64,000 bases of DNA, from NCBI GenBank assembly GCA_963783275.1, contig CAWANA010000031.1, positions 17,300-81,299 on the forward strand. Direction: 5' to 3'. The DNA is from an uncultured Alphaproteobacteria bacterium. GTDB lineage: Bacteria > Pseudomonadota > Alphaproteobacteria > Rhizobiales > Beijerinckiaceae. A program made the position numbers and the translations under genes. How positions within the stretch are numbered: position 1 is the stretch's first letter; each line of letters starts with the position of its first letter. Shown piece by piece: positions 45,056 through 56,360 of this stretch. The notes under the pieces are model-generated. The model did not search any database, was not told the DNA's origin, and saw only the letters and a list, made by a program, of their open reading frames with translations.

Positions 45056-46431
45056 TTACCGCACGATCGTCAGCCGCTTCGCCGCCCGCGTCAGGCCGGT
45101 ATAGAGCCAGCGCGCGCGGTGCTCGCGGAAGGCGAAGCTCTCGTCGAACAGCAGAACGTCGTCCCATTGCGAGCCCTGCGCCTTGTGCACCGTCAGCGCG
45201 TAGCCGTAGTCGAACTCGTCCGATTCGCGCCGCATCGGATAGGCGAGCTCGCCGTCGGTCCCCTCGAAAAACGCCTTGAGCACCGCGACCTTGACCGATT
45301 TCGAGGCCGCGTCGTCCTCCGAGCGCACGGTCATGCGGACGAAGTCCTTCACCACCCCGCCGAGCGCCTCGACCCGCCAGAGGCCCCCGTTGATCAGGCC
45401 CTTGGTCCGGTCGTTCCTGAGGCAGACCAGCCGGTCGCCGGCGACCGGCAGGGCTTCCGCAAAGCCGTTCAGGTCGCGAATGCGCTGGTTGTAGGCGCGA
45501 CGGGTCCGGTTGGTCCCGACCAGCACCTGGTCGGCCGCCAGCACCTGCGCCGCGTCGATCGCGGCGCGGCGAATGACGCGGCTCTCGCCATAGGCGCCGT
45601 CCTTGAGTTCCCCGCCGCCGCGAACGATCTGGGACAGGCGGATGATCGGGTTATCCTCAGCCTGACGGTGGATATGGGTCAGCATCACGTCCGGCGCGCT
45701 TTCGGTGAAATAGCCGCCGCCCTTGACCGGGGGAAGCTGGAACGGATCGCCGAGCACCAGGATCGGCTTGCCGAACGACAGGAGGTCGCGCGCCAGTTCC
45801 GCGTCGACCATCGAGCATTCGTCGATCACGATGAGACCCGCCCGGGACGCCGGGCCGTCCGAATTGAGGGTGAAGGTCGGTGCGCCGTCGTCGCCTTCGC
45901 TCGCGCGGTAGATGAGGGCGTGGATCGTGGTCGCGCCCGGGCAGCCGTGGGCGCGCATCACCATCGCCGCCTTGCCGGTGAAGGCGGCGAAGGCCGTCTC
46001 TCCCGCCGCGGCCTCCGCGACGTGCCGGGCGAGCGTGGTCTTGCCGACGCCGGCGTAGCCGAACAGGCGGAACACCTGAGGCTCGCCCTTTTTCAGCCAG
46101 CGGCCGACCTTGTCGATTGCCTCGGCCTGCTCGCGCGTCCACTCGCGCGCGCCGGCGGACGGGCGAGCCGGCGCAGGCGCCGGGGGCGGCGGCGGCGAGG
46201 CGTCCGCGACGCCCTCGCCGCCTTGGGCGCCCCGCTTTACCGGCGGCGCCCGTCCGAAGGCTTCGCCCCGGGCTCGCCTGACGGTGTCGTCGAGGGATCT
46301 GCCGCCTTCGCCTTTTTCGGTTCGACCTTCGCGCCGCAGCGCGAGCAAGTCGGCGGCTTGCGGCCGAGGTCGTAGAATTTGGCGCCGCAAGCGTGACATT
46401 GCCGCTTGGTCCCGAGCCTGCCGACCGCCAT
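45056..46431 (-). CDS. RecD-like SF1B helicase with probable N-terminal TIGR02300 (FYDL) Zn-ribbon (indel ~46240-46260)
   Basis: GYAGVGKTT, AFTGKAA, DECSMV, GDPFQLPPV, YALTVHKAQGSQW, YTGLTRA; upstream frame LGTKRQCHACGAKFYDL..CSRCG. Confidence 0.85.
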
Positions 46432-46576
46432 TCTTTTCTTCAACAAGGATGAACCCGCCCTCGGGCGCCGCTTCAAGCGAATCAACGGTTGATTCAGGAA
46501 TTCAGCGCAGCCTTTTATCAGATTTGTCGGGGATGCGCCGAAACGCCGCGCTGGCCGAACGGCGGTAAGGCCCGGG

Positions 46577-46604
46577 CTTGAAGGACGGGGCCGCGGACCT
46601 ATAT
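46577..46604 (+). promoter_or_regulatory. RpoH (sigma32)-type promoter of hsp20
   Basis: CTTGAA-N15-CCTATAT, the alphaproteobacterial RpoH consensus. Confidence 0.75.
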
Positions 46605-46725
46605 CGCGTCCAGGAAGGCGGCCTCGCGTAGCGTTTTTTGAGGCCGCCGACCGCGACTTTAAGCAACGCGGTCCGGGCGCTTCGAGAAAGGCCCGGTTTC
46701 GTGAAGCGCCTCGAAGGGGCTTCCC

Positions 46726-47154
46726 ATGGTGCGTGTGACGGCGTTGAGCTCGCCTTTTCTGCTCGGCTTCGACGACATCGAGCGTGCGCTCGACAAGGTC
46801 ACGAAGTCGGCGGCGGACGGCTATCCCCCCTACAATATCGAGCGCATCGCCGCGGTGGGCGCGGAGCCCGAGAAGCTGCGCATCACGCTGGCGGTGGCCG
46901 GATTCGCGAGCGACCAGATCGAAATCACGATCGAGGAGAGCCAGCTCACCATCCGCGGTCGCCAGCAGGAGGACAAGACGCGGGAATTCATCCATCGCGG
47001 CATCGCCGCGCGGCAGTTCCAGCGTAGCTTCCTGCTCGCCGAAGGCATGCAGGTTTTGGGCGCCGATCTGGCCCAGGGCTTGCTCTCGATCGATCTTGTC
47101 CGGCCGCAGCCGGAACGGGTCGTGCGAACCATTCAGATCTCGACGCGCGACTGA
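46726..47154 (+). CDS. Hsp20 small heat shock protein
   Basis: LLGFD, YPPYNIE, LAVAGF, HRGIAARQFQRSF, GLLSIDL. Confidence 0.95.
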   Translation: MVRVTALSSPFLLGFDDIERALDKVTKSAADGYPPYNIERIAAVGAEPEKLRITLAVAGFASDQIEITIEESQLTIRGRQQEDKTREFIHRGIAARQFQRSFLLAEGMQVLGADLAQGLLSIDLVRPQPERVVRTIQISTRD

Positions 47155-47206
47155 TCGTTGCGCGTTTGATGGCGGAAAGTTCAGGCCGCCGGAAAAGAGG
47201 GACACC

Positions 47207-47469
47207 ATGACTGCTGCAACGGACAAGGCGCTCGATCTGACGCCTCAGGAATTCGCCCATCTCGGCGACGGGGCGCTCGCCTATGTGAAGGCGATCAATT
47301 CGGAAGACGTCGCGCGGCTCTTTCCGCAGGGCGCCCGCGTTGCGACCCGGGCATGCGGCTGTTCGCCCTCCTCAGCGCGGACGGCTCGCCGATCATGCTC
47401 ACCGATTCCCGTGACGCGGCGATCGCCAACGCCCGCGAGCACGAGCTGCAGACGGTCAGCCTGCACTGA
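47207..47469 (+). CDS. DUF1150 family protein (frameshifted)
   Basis: FAHLGDGALAYVK; LFALLSADGSPIMLTDSR; VSLH*. Confidence 0.85.
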
Positions 47470-47632
47470 CAATGTGGAGAAGCCTCGCGCCAGCCCTGCC
47501 CGCCGTCGGGCGAATCGGGTAAGAGGCGGGCCGGAGGGGCGGCGTCTCGCCGCCCGGGTGCGCGAGACCCGCGCCCTCCGATAGTGCGCGGAGCAGTCCG
47601 CGCAATCCTGATTGACTCCAAGGATCGCTTGC

Positions 47633-48425
47633 ATGCGCGCCTATCTCGATCTCATGCGCGACGCCCTGGAGAACGGCGCGGTCAAGGGCGACCGCACCGG
47701 GACCGGCGTGCGCTCGCTGTTCGGCCGCCAGATCCGCTTCGACCTCGACCAAGGGCTTTCCGCTCGTCACCACCAAGAAGCTTCACCTGAAGTCGATCGT
47801 GCGCGAACTCGTCTGGTTCCTGCACGGCGACACCAACATCGCCTATCTCAAGGCGCACGGGGTCTCGATCTGGAACGAATGGGCGGACGCCAACGGCGAT
47901 CTCGGGCCGGTCTACGGCAAGCAATGGCGCGCCTGGGAGGGCTCGGACGGCCGCACCTACGATCAGATCGCCTGGCTTCTCGAGGAAATCCGCCGCAATC
48001 CGGACTCGCGCCGGCTGATCGTTTCGGCCTGGAACGTGCCGGACATCGAGCGCATGAAGCTTCCGCCCTGCCACTGCCTGTTCCAGTTCTATGTGAACGA
48101 CGGGCAGCTGTCGTGCCAGCTTTACCAGCGCTCCGCCGATATTTTTTTGGGGGTTCCGTTCAACATCGCAAGCTACGCGCTCCTGACCCATCTCGTCGCC
48201 CGCGAAACGGACTTCAAGGTCGGCGAGTTCGTCCACACCTTCGGCGACGCCCATCTCTACCGCAATCACGAGGACCAGGCCCGCGAGCAGCTTTCGCGCG
48301 CGCCGCGCCCGCTGCCGAAACTCGTGCTCGGCGACGTCGGCTCGATCTTCGACCTCAACGCCGACGCGATCGCCTTCGAAGGCTACGACCCCTGGCCCGC
48401 GATCAAGGCGCCGGTGGCGGTGTGA
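47633..48425 (+). CDS. thyA: Thymidylate synthase (indel ~47760)
   Basis: [43 protein letters not shown]. Confidence 0.97.
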
Positions 48426-48453
48426 GAGGCGGGGCTCGCCGCGGTGTCGGGTC

Positions 48454-48483
48454 TCCCCTTCCCCAGCAAACTGGGGAAGGGGA
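48454..48483. repeat. REP-like palindrome
   Basis: TCCCCTTCCCCAG-CAAA-CTGGGGAAGGGGA, 13-bp stem. Confidence 0.6.
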
Positions 48484-48511
48484 AACGTCCCCGACGGGGG
48501 AGGCCGGCTCC

Positions 48512-49029
48512 ATGACCCGCCTCCCCATCGTCCTCGTCGCGGCCGTCGCCCGCAACGGCGTCATCGGCGCCGACAACCGGCTCCTGTGGCGGCTGTCGAG
48601 CGACCTGAAGCGCTTCAAGGCGCTGACGCTCGGGCAAGCCCCTGGTCATGGGGCGAAAGACCTTCGAATCGATCGGCCGGCCGCTGCCGGGGCGCGAGAC
48701 CATCGTCGTGACGCGCGATCCGGCCTTCGCGGCCGAGGGCGTTCTCGTCGCCCACGATCTCGACGCCGCCCTCGCGCTCGCCCAAGACCGCGCGGCGGCG
48801 ATGGGCGCGGACGCCGATCGTGATCGCCGGGGGCGGCGAAATCTACGCCCAGACGATCGCCCTCGCCGACCGCCTCGCGATCACCGAAGTCGCGCTCGCG
48901 CCGGAAGGCGACGCCCGTCTTCCCGCCGATCGACCCCGCCCTTTGGCGCGAGGTCCGCCGCGAGCCCGGCGCCCGCGGCCCGAAGGACGAGGCGGATTTT
49001 GCTTCGTCGATTACGAGCGGCGGACGTAA
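48512..49029 (+). CDS. folA: Dihydrofolate reductase (frameshifted)
   Basis: [42 protein letters not shown]. Confidence 0.95.
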
Positions 49030-49176
49030 GCGGCGAGCGAGTGGCGCACGACCAGCGAGACTTCTGTCCTCCCGCGAAATGGCTTGCGCCGGCGGCGTCG
49101 CTGAGCGAGGTTCCAATCGCGTGAAATCCTTGGGCCTGGTCGATAAGCGGGAGCCGCCTTCCCGCGCGACGGCGGG

Positions 49177-49761
49177 TCAAAAATCCGGCGCGCCCCGCGC
49201 CGCCTCGATCAGCGCGGCCGCGAGCCAGGGGGAAAGCGAGCGGGCGACCTCGACGCGGAATGCGGTCTCGCCCCGCCGCCAGAGGACGATCTCGGCCTTG
49301 TCGAACAGCGTCCGCGTCGCCATGCCGGCCGGAAAAGCTCTCGGCCGCAAGTCGAGCGGACAGCCGGCGCTGAGCGCGCGCGCGGCGAGGGCGCCCGTGA
49401 CCTCGAGCCCGACCTGCCGGTGCGACACATCGACAAGGCTGTGGGGCTCGCCCCCGAGCCCGGCCTCGAGCGCCGCGACGAGCCCTTCCGCCGACTGCCC
49501 TTCCGTCATCAAGAGCCACTCGTCAGGGCCGAGCCACAGGGCCGCCCGCTCGCCGAACCGCCCCGCCGGGCCGAGCCGGACCGGCAGCTCGACCTGGAAG
49601 ACGGCGGAGCAGGCCGCGCGCGCAGCCTCGCCGCCACGGAAGACGAAGCGCTCGGCGGGCGGGGCGTCGTGAATCGCGAAGCGCGCGCCCGAAGGCAGCG
49701 GCGTATCGTCGAGCGGACTGCGGGGCCTGAGCCAGGGACTTGCGGGAAAAACGCTAGACAT
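49177..49761 (-). CDS. soxG: Heterotetrameric sarcosine oxidase gamma subunit
   Basis: LWLGPDEWLL, VDVSH, GCPLDL, VARS. Confidence 0.9.
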   Translation of the reverse strand: MSSVFPASPWLRPRSPLDDTPLPSGARFAIHDAPPAERFVFRGGEAARAACSAVFQVELPVRLGPAGRFGERAALWLGPDEWLLMTEGQSAEGLVAALEAGLGGEPHSLVDVSHRQVGLEVTGALAARALSAGCPLDLRPRAFPAGMATRTLFDKAEIVLWRRGETAFRVEVARSLSPWLAAALIEAARGAPDF

Positions 49762-49871
49762 GGAGGCGCGCGCCTTCCGCAGTCGACAGGAGGGCGCGCC
49801 TCTCGCGCGCCGTTGGGCGGCGAGACGCCGCCCCTCCGCCTCGCCGCCAGGCGCCGATCGAGTAACCGGGC

Positions 49872-52800
49872 TTAGACATGGAGGCGCGCGCCCTCCGGGT
49901 CGGAGAAACACGGAGCGGCGATCCGTGCTGCGACGGCGCCGCCGCCCGGCGCCGAGGCGTAGAGCCTCGCGCCCATGCGCGACCGGCCGCCCGCGACGAG
50001 CGCGAGCGCGATCGATCGCCCGAGCGTCTCGCTGCGATAGGACGAGGTGACGTGACCGAGCGCGGGCGAGCCGATCGGCAGGTCTCGCGCTCTCGGTCAC
50101 CTGCGCGCCCTCTTCGAGCACGACCGCCGGATCCTCCGTCAGGAGGCCGACAAGCTGCTTGCGGCCGTCTCGCGCGAGGTCGGGCAGCGCAAGCGACCGC
50201 TTGCCGACGAAGTCGCCCTTGGCCTTGCCGATCATCCCCTCGAGGCCGAGATCGGCGAGCGTGGTCGTTCCATCGGTCTCCTGCCCGACGATCACATAGC
50301 CCTTCTCGGCGCGCAGCACGTGCATCGCCTCGGTGCCGTAGGCGGAGCCGCCGTGCTTTTCGACCTCGGCGAACGCCGCCTTCCAGACGTCGAGGCCGTA
50401 AGCCGGAGCCGACGTTGATCTCGTAGCCGAGCTCGCCGGAAAAACTCATCCGCATGAGCCGCGCCGGGAACGCCGCAGACTTGTCGCGTCTCGCACGCTC
50501 ATGTGCGGGAAGGCGTCGTTCGCGAGATCGACGCCTTCGACCAGCGGCAAAAGGGATCTCGCGCGCCTTCGGGCCCTGCACGGCGATGGTCGCCCAGTGC
50601 TCGGTGGTCGAGGTCGAGCCAGACCTTCAGGTTCGATGAACTCCGTCTGGAGATAGTCCTCCATGTGGGCGAGCACGCGCGGCGCGCCGCCGGTCGTCGT
50701 CGTCACATGGAACCGGTCCGGCGCCAGCCGCGCGATCACGCCGTCGTCGAGAACGAAGCCGGTCTCCGTCAGCATGAGGCCGTAGCGGCAGCGGCCGACT
50801 GCGAGCTTCTCGGAACGCGTTGACGTACATGCGCTCGAGAAAGACCGCGGCGTCCGGGCCGACGACCTCGATCTTGCCGAGCGTCGAGGCGTCGAACAGG
50901 CCGACCGAAGCGCGAACCGTGCGGCATTCGCGCGCGACCGCTTCCCGCATCGTCTCGCCGTCTCGCGGGAAATACCAGGCGCGCTTCCATAGGCCCACGT
51001 CCTCGAACGCCGCGCCTCGCTCCGCCGCCCAGTCGTGGATCGGCGTTTTGCGGATGGGATCGAACAGCTCGCCCCGCGCCGGGCCGGCGAAGGCGCCGAA
51101 GGTCACCGGCGTATAGGGCGGGCGGAAGGTCGTGAGGCCCACCTCGGGGATCGACTTTTCCTGGACCGCCGCGGCGATCGCAAGCGCGTTCATGTTGGAG
51201 AGCTTGCCCTGGTCGGTCGCCATGCCGGTGGTCGTGTAGCGCTTGACGTGCTCGATCGAGCGCAAAGCCCTCCTGGACCGCGAGCGCGACGTCCTTGACG
51301 CAGACGTCGTTCTGGAAGTCGACGAAGGCCTTGATCCGCCGGTCGCCGAGCACGTGCAGCGGCGCGCCGAGGTCTCCGCCCGACGCCCGAGGCGCGCCCT
51401 CGACCGCGAAGGCGCGCTGCGCGGGCGGAATGAAGCCCGCTTGCGCCGCCGCCGCGCGGCCCGCCGCATCGCCCTCGGCGAGCGCATCGGCGAGGGCGAA
51501 CGCCGCGTTGCAGGCGCCGGCGGAGCGCTCGCGCTGAACGGACACGCCCGGCCGGAAGACCTGCAGCGCCTCGTCATAGACGAGCTTCCCGCGCGACTGC
51601 GAGAACAGATGAACGGACGGCGTCCAGCCGCCCGACATGATCAGCGCGTCGCAGGCGAGCCGTGCGCATGCCGCCGGGATGGGCGGCGAGCCGCACCGCC
51701 TCGATGCGCGTGCGTCCCTCGATTTCGTGGATGGAGGTCTTCACCGCAACCTTGATGCCGGCGGCGCGCGCCGCGTCCGGAAGCGGCCCGACCGCCTCGT
51801 CGCGCAGATCCGCGATCAGGTCGACCGCGACGCCGGCGTCGCTTGAGGTCGAGCGCGGCGCGATAGGCGTCGTCATGCGCGGTGACGACGACGACGCGCT
51901 CGCCGACCTTGACGCCGTACTGGTTGAGATAGCGCCGCGCCGCGTCCGCCAGCATGATCCCCGGCCGGTCGTTGTCGGCGAACACGAGCGGGCGCTCGAT
52001 CGCGCCGGCCGCCAGCACGACCTCCTTCGCGCGCATCTGCCAAAGCCGTTCGCGCGGCAGGTCCGGGATCGGCGATCGAGCGCGGGCTCCGGCAGGCGCT
52101 CGCTCAAGGCCGACGAAGTTCTGCGCGTAGTAGCCGAAGGCCTGCGTGCGCGGCATCAGGCGGACGTTGGGCGCCGAGCGCAACGCCTCGAGCGTCGCAG
52201 CCAGCCATTCGCGCGCAGGCCGGCCCTCGATCGCCGCCCGGGTCTCGGCGAGCAGCGAGCCGCCCGGCGCAGGGTTCTCGTCGCAGAGGACGACGTCGGC
52301 GCCGCTTTCGGCCGCCGCGCGGCGCGGCGGCGAGACCCGCCGGCCCCGCGCCGACGACGAGCACGTCGCAATGGTCGAAGAAGCGGGCGTAGCGATCGGG
52401 ATCGGGCTCGGTCGGCGCGGTCCCGAGGCCGGCGGCGCGGCGGACGATCGGCTCGTAGACGTGCTTCCAGGCCCAGTTCGGGCCGAGCCAGTCCGGGCCC
52501 ATGAAGGTCTTGTAGTAGAAGCCGGCGCCGAACAGCGGCGCGAAGACGTCGTTGACCGCGCCGACGTCGAAGCGGAGCGACGGCCAGCGGTTCTGGCTCG
52601 TCGCGACGAGGCCGTCGTAGAGCTCGACCTCGGTCGCGCGCAGGTTCGGCGTGAAGCGGCCGGGCCCGCGCGCGACGCCGACGAGCGCGTTCGGCTCCTC
52701 GGGCCCGGCGCGACAGGATCCCGCGCGGGCGGTGATACTTGTACGAGCGGCCGACGAGCCGGACGCCGTTGGCGAGCAGCGCCGAGGCGAGCGTGTCGCC

Positions 52801-52897
52801 CTCGTAGCCGGCGTAGGCGACGCCGTCGAAGGTGAAGCGAGATCGGGCGCGCGCGGTCGATCGCGGCGCCGCCGGCGACGCGGAAGGGCTGGCTCAT
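49872..52897 (-). CDS. soxA: Sarcosine oxidase alpha subunit (multiple indels)
   Basis: GDTLASALLANG, VGAGPAGL, KRYTTTGMATDQGK, DASTLGKIE, SFSGELGYE, LRAEKG, DPEGARLHV*. Confidence 0.92.
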
Positions 52898-53195
52898 GCG
52901 CGCCGGCCTCGCCGGCGACCTCGGGCCGCGGCTCGCCGGCCTTGTAGGCCGCGAGAATCCGGTCGCTGACCGTGTCGCGCAGGACGTTGAAGAACCGGCC
53001 GCAGCCGAGCGACGTGGCGCCAGCGCTCGGCGAGCACGCCCTTCGGGTTCGAGCGGAAATAGAGGTATTCGCGCCCAGGCCTCGTCGCTGACGCGCGGCG
53101 GGGTCGGCGGGCCGGGCGACATGGGCCTCGCCGCCGTGGCGGAACTCGATCTCCGGCCGCTCCATGCCGCAATAGGGACAGGGGATCAGCAGCAT
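52894..53195 (-). CDS. soxD: Sarcosine oxidase delta subunit (frameshifted)
   Basis: MLLIPCPYCG, EF..GGEAH, NPKG..ERWRH, GCGRFFN. Confidence 0.92.
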
Positions 53196-53205
53196 GGTCA
53201 GGCGC

Positions 53206-54460
53206 TCAATGCGCGACCGCCGCGGCGGCGGCTTCGTCGATCAGCCGGCCGGCGCGGAAGCGGTCGAGCGCGAAGGGCGCGGCGAGCGGATGCGGCTCGC
53301 CCCGCGCGATCGTGTGGGCGAACACATGGCCCGAGCCCGGCGTCGCCTTGAAGCCGCCGGTGCCCCAGCCGCAATTGACGAAGAGGCCGGGAACCGGCGT
53401 CAGGCCGATGATCGGCGAGCGGTCGGGCGTCACGTCGACGATGCCGCCCCAGTTGCGCAGCATGCGCAGGCGGCGGACCGCGGGAAAGAGCTCGCAGATC
53501 GCCTCGAGCGTATGGTTGGCGATGTGCAGGCCGCCGGTCTGGGAATAGGAATTGTAGGCGTCCGTGCCCGCGCCGATCACCATCTCGCCCTTGTCGGACT
53601 GCGACATGTAGGCGTGGATCGTGTTCGACATGACGACGCAGGGCATCATCGGCTTGACCGGCTCGGAGACCAGCGCCTGCAGCGGATAGCTCTCGAGCGG
53701 CATGCGGACGCCGGCCATCGCCATCACGCACCGAGGTGTGGCCGGCGGCGACGACGCCGACCTTCTTCGCGGCGATCGGCCCGCGCGTCGTCTCGACGCC
53801 CGAGACCGCGCCGGAGGCGTCGCGGCGGATCGCCGTCACCTCGCAATTCTGGATGATGTCGACGCCGCGCGCCGACGCCGCGCGCGCATAGCCCCAGGCG
53901 ACGGCGTCGTGCCGCGCCGTGCCGCCGCGCCGCTGCAGCGCCGCGCCGACGATCGGATAGCGGATGTCGCGGCGAAATGTTGAGGATCGGGCAGAAGGCC
54001 TTGGCCTCTTCGGGCGTCAGCCATTCGTTGTCGACGCCGGCGAGGCGGTTGGCGTGGACGTGGCGCTTGACGACCTGCACGTCGTGCGACGTTGTGGGCG
54101 AGCATCATCACGCCGCGCGCCGAATACATCACGTTGTAGTTCAGCTCCTGCGACAGGCCCTCCCACAGCTTCAGCGCGTGCTCGTAGAGCGCCGCCGACT
54201 CCTCCCAGAGGTAGTTCGAGCGGATGATCGTGGTGTTGCGGCCGGTGTTGCCGCCGCCGAGCCAGCCCTTCTCCAGCACGGCGACATTGGTCAGGCCGTG
54301 CTCCTTGGCGAGGTAGTAGGCGGTCGCCGAGCCCATGCCCGCCGCCGCCGACGATGACGACGTCGTAGGCCGGCTTCGGCTCCGGGCTGCGCCACTGCTC
54401 CGGCCAGCCCTCGTTCTCGGCGAGGGCCTGCCGCACGACATTGAGAAGAGAAAACCGCAC
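53206..54460 (-). CDS. soxB: Sarcosine oxidase beta subunit (frameshifted)
   Basis: [50 protein letters not shown]. Confidence 0.93.
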
Positions 54461-54659
54461 CGCTCGGACCGCGCCCCTGACTCGCTCGCGACGATTTGCG
54501 CGCTTTGGCGCGCAATTGCGAGAACAATTTCGCAAGCTCTCGCTGCCCGGCGCAGAATGCCGCGGCGCCACGGCCTCCGGGTCGGCCCGTTGTCCGCGGC
54601 GGCGCTTCTATGATACTCGCGCGGGCGTCGCAATGTCGGCGAATGCTTCTCGGGGCCCT

Positions 54660-55626
54660 ATGGCGAACGAACCCTCCGCGATCAGCCTGTCGGATTCTGC
54701 GACCGACGAACCGCAGCGCTTGGCGGTTTCGGTTATAATGCCCCACTACAACGACCTGGCGAACCTCGAGCGCTGCATTGCGATGCTCGCCGCCCAGACC
54801 CTGCCCCGCGATCAATTCGAGGTCGTCGTAGCCGACAACAATTCGCGTTGCGGACTCGATGAGGTCAAGCGCGTTTGCGGCGACGTCGCGCGGGTGGTCG
54901 CGGCGCCCATTCAGGGGGCGGGCGCCGCGCGCAACGCAGCCGTCGCGAGCCTCGCGCGGCAAGATCCTGGCGTTCATCGACTCGGATTGCCGTCCAGCCC
55001 CGACCTGGCTCGAACGCGGCCTCGCGGCGGCGTCGACGGCTGAACTCGTGGGCGGACAAGTCGAGGTCGATGTCGAGGACCCGGCGAACCCGACGGCGGT
55101 CGAAGCGTTCGAGCGGGTCTTTGCCTTCAACGTCAAGCGGTACATCGAGGAAGAGGGGTTCACCGTCACCGCCAACATGTTCGCGCCACGCGATATTTTC
55201 GACCGCGTCGGCGGTTTCCGGCCCAAGGTCGGCGAGGATCGGGACTGGGGCCGGCGCGCCGTCGCGGCCGGATACCGCTGGCGCTACGCGCCGGACGTCG
55301 TCGTCTCGCACCCCGCCCGGCGCGACTGGTCGGAACTCACGAAGAAGATGCGAAGGATCACCCGCGAGGCCTATGCCGAGGCGATCGAGAAGCCGAATGG
55401 GCGCGCCAAATGGGCGGTCTTCAGCGTGGCCGTCGCCGCGTCGCCGTTTGTGCATTGGGCGACCGCGGCGACGACGAAGAAGCTCGATACGACCGAACAA
55501 CGGATCAAGGCGATCGCCGTCCTATTCGCCATTCGCTTCTGGCGCTTCGGCGAATGCAACCGGTTGCTGCTCGCCGACATCTTCGGGCGCGGAGCGGCGA
55601 AGGACGCGCCCGCGAAGGAGCGCTGA
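54660..55626 (+). CDS. Glycosyltransferase family 2 (indel ~54945)
   Basis: SVIMPHYN, VVADNNS, GAGAARN, AFIDSDC, GED. Confidence 0.9.
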
Positions 55627-55925
55627 CGGCAGCGCTCGCGCCTTCTCGCCGGCCGATCACGCATTCGCACCCAACGGCCGAACCGTCCCGGTCGGCGCTT
55701 GCGACGAGCTTCTCCGGTGCGACCGTATTGCCCCAGAACTTCGCAGTGCAACAAACTTCTATGACAAAAACGTTCGAGATCTTTGCGCCGATCGCGTTCA
55801 CGTCATGAACTGGAAATATAAAGCAGATGTAATTATTCGGCGCGCCATTGTGAGTTTAAAGACTTACTGATATAGAATTCCGCCCAGCGGGAGGATGTGG
55901 GCGAGATGAGCCAGGGAGGCGTCGC

Positions 55926-56360
55926 ATGAACGTACGCGAAATCGTGCAGACCTGCTCCAATCCGCATGTCGCGCACGCCGCCGTCGCCTCCATCGGGGGC
56001 GACTTCGCCCGACGGTTTTTCCAGGACGCGGAAAGCCGCAGCCTGCCGAGCGGACTTGTGGCCGCCCGTTTGGTGCAGGATTTCGAGCGCCGAGCTGGCG
56101 AGGGCGACTGGCGAGGCCTCGATCGCGCGATCCGCGGCGCGGACATGCCGATCCTTTGCGGCCTTCGCCACATTCTCGAACGCGCGCCGAAGCTGAAAGC
56201 CGAGGACGCGCCCGCCCGGCGCCCGAGCGTCGCCCGGAAATCCGACCTGGGCGGAGCCGAGGCGAAGCTGCGCCTGACGCGCGATATTTGCGAAGGCGCC
56301 GCGGGAGGCGCATCCTCAGCCTCATGTATCTCGGGCTCGATTGCGGAACGTCGGGGCTGA
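55926..56360 (+). CDS. Hypothetical protein (3' end uncertain)
   Basis: GGAGG RBS; MNVREIVQTCSNPHVAHAAVASIG...DMPILCGLRHIL. Confidence 0.6.
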   Translation: MNVREIVQTCSNPHVAHAAVASIGGDFARRFFQDAESRSLPSGLVAARLVQDFERRAGEGDWRGLDRAIRGADMPILCGLRHILERAPKLKAEDAPARRPSVARKSDLGGAEAKLRLTRDICEGAAGGASSASCISGSIAERRG

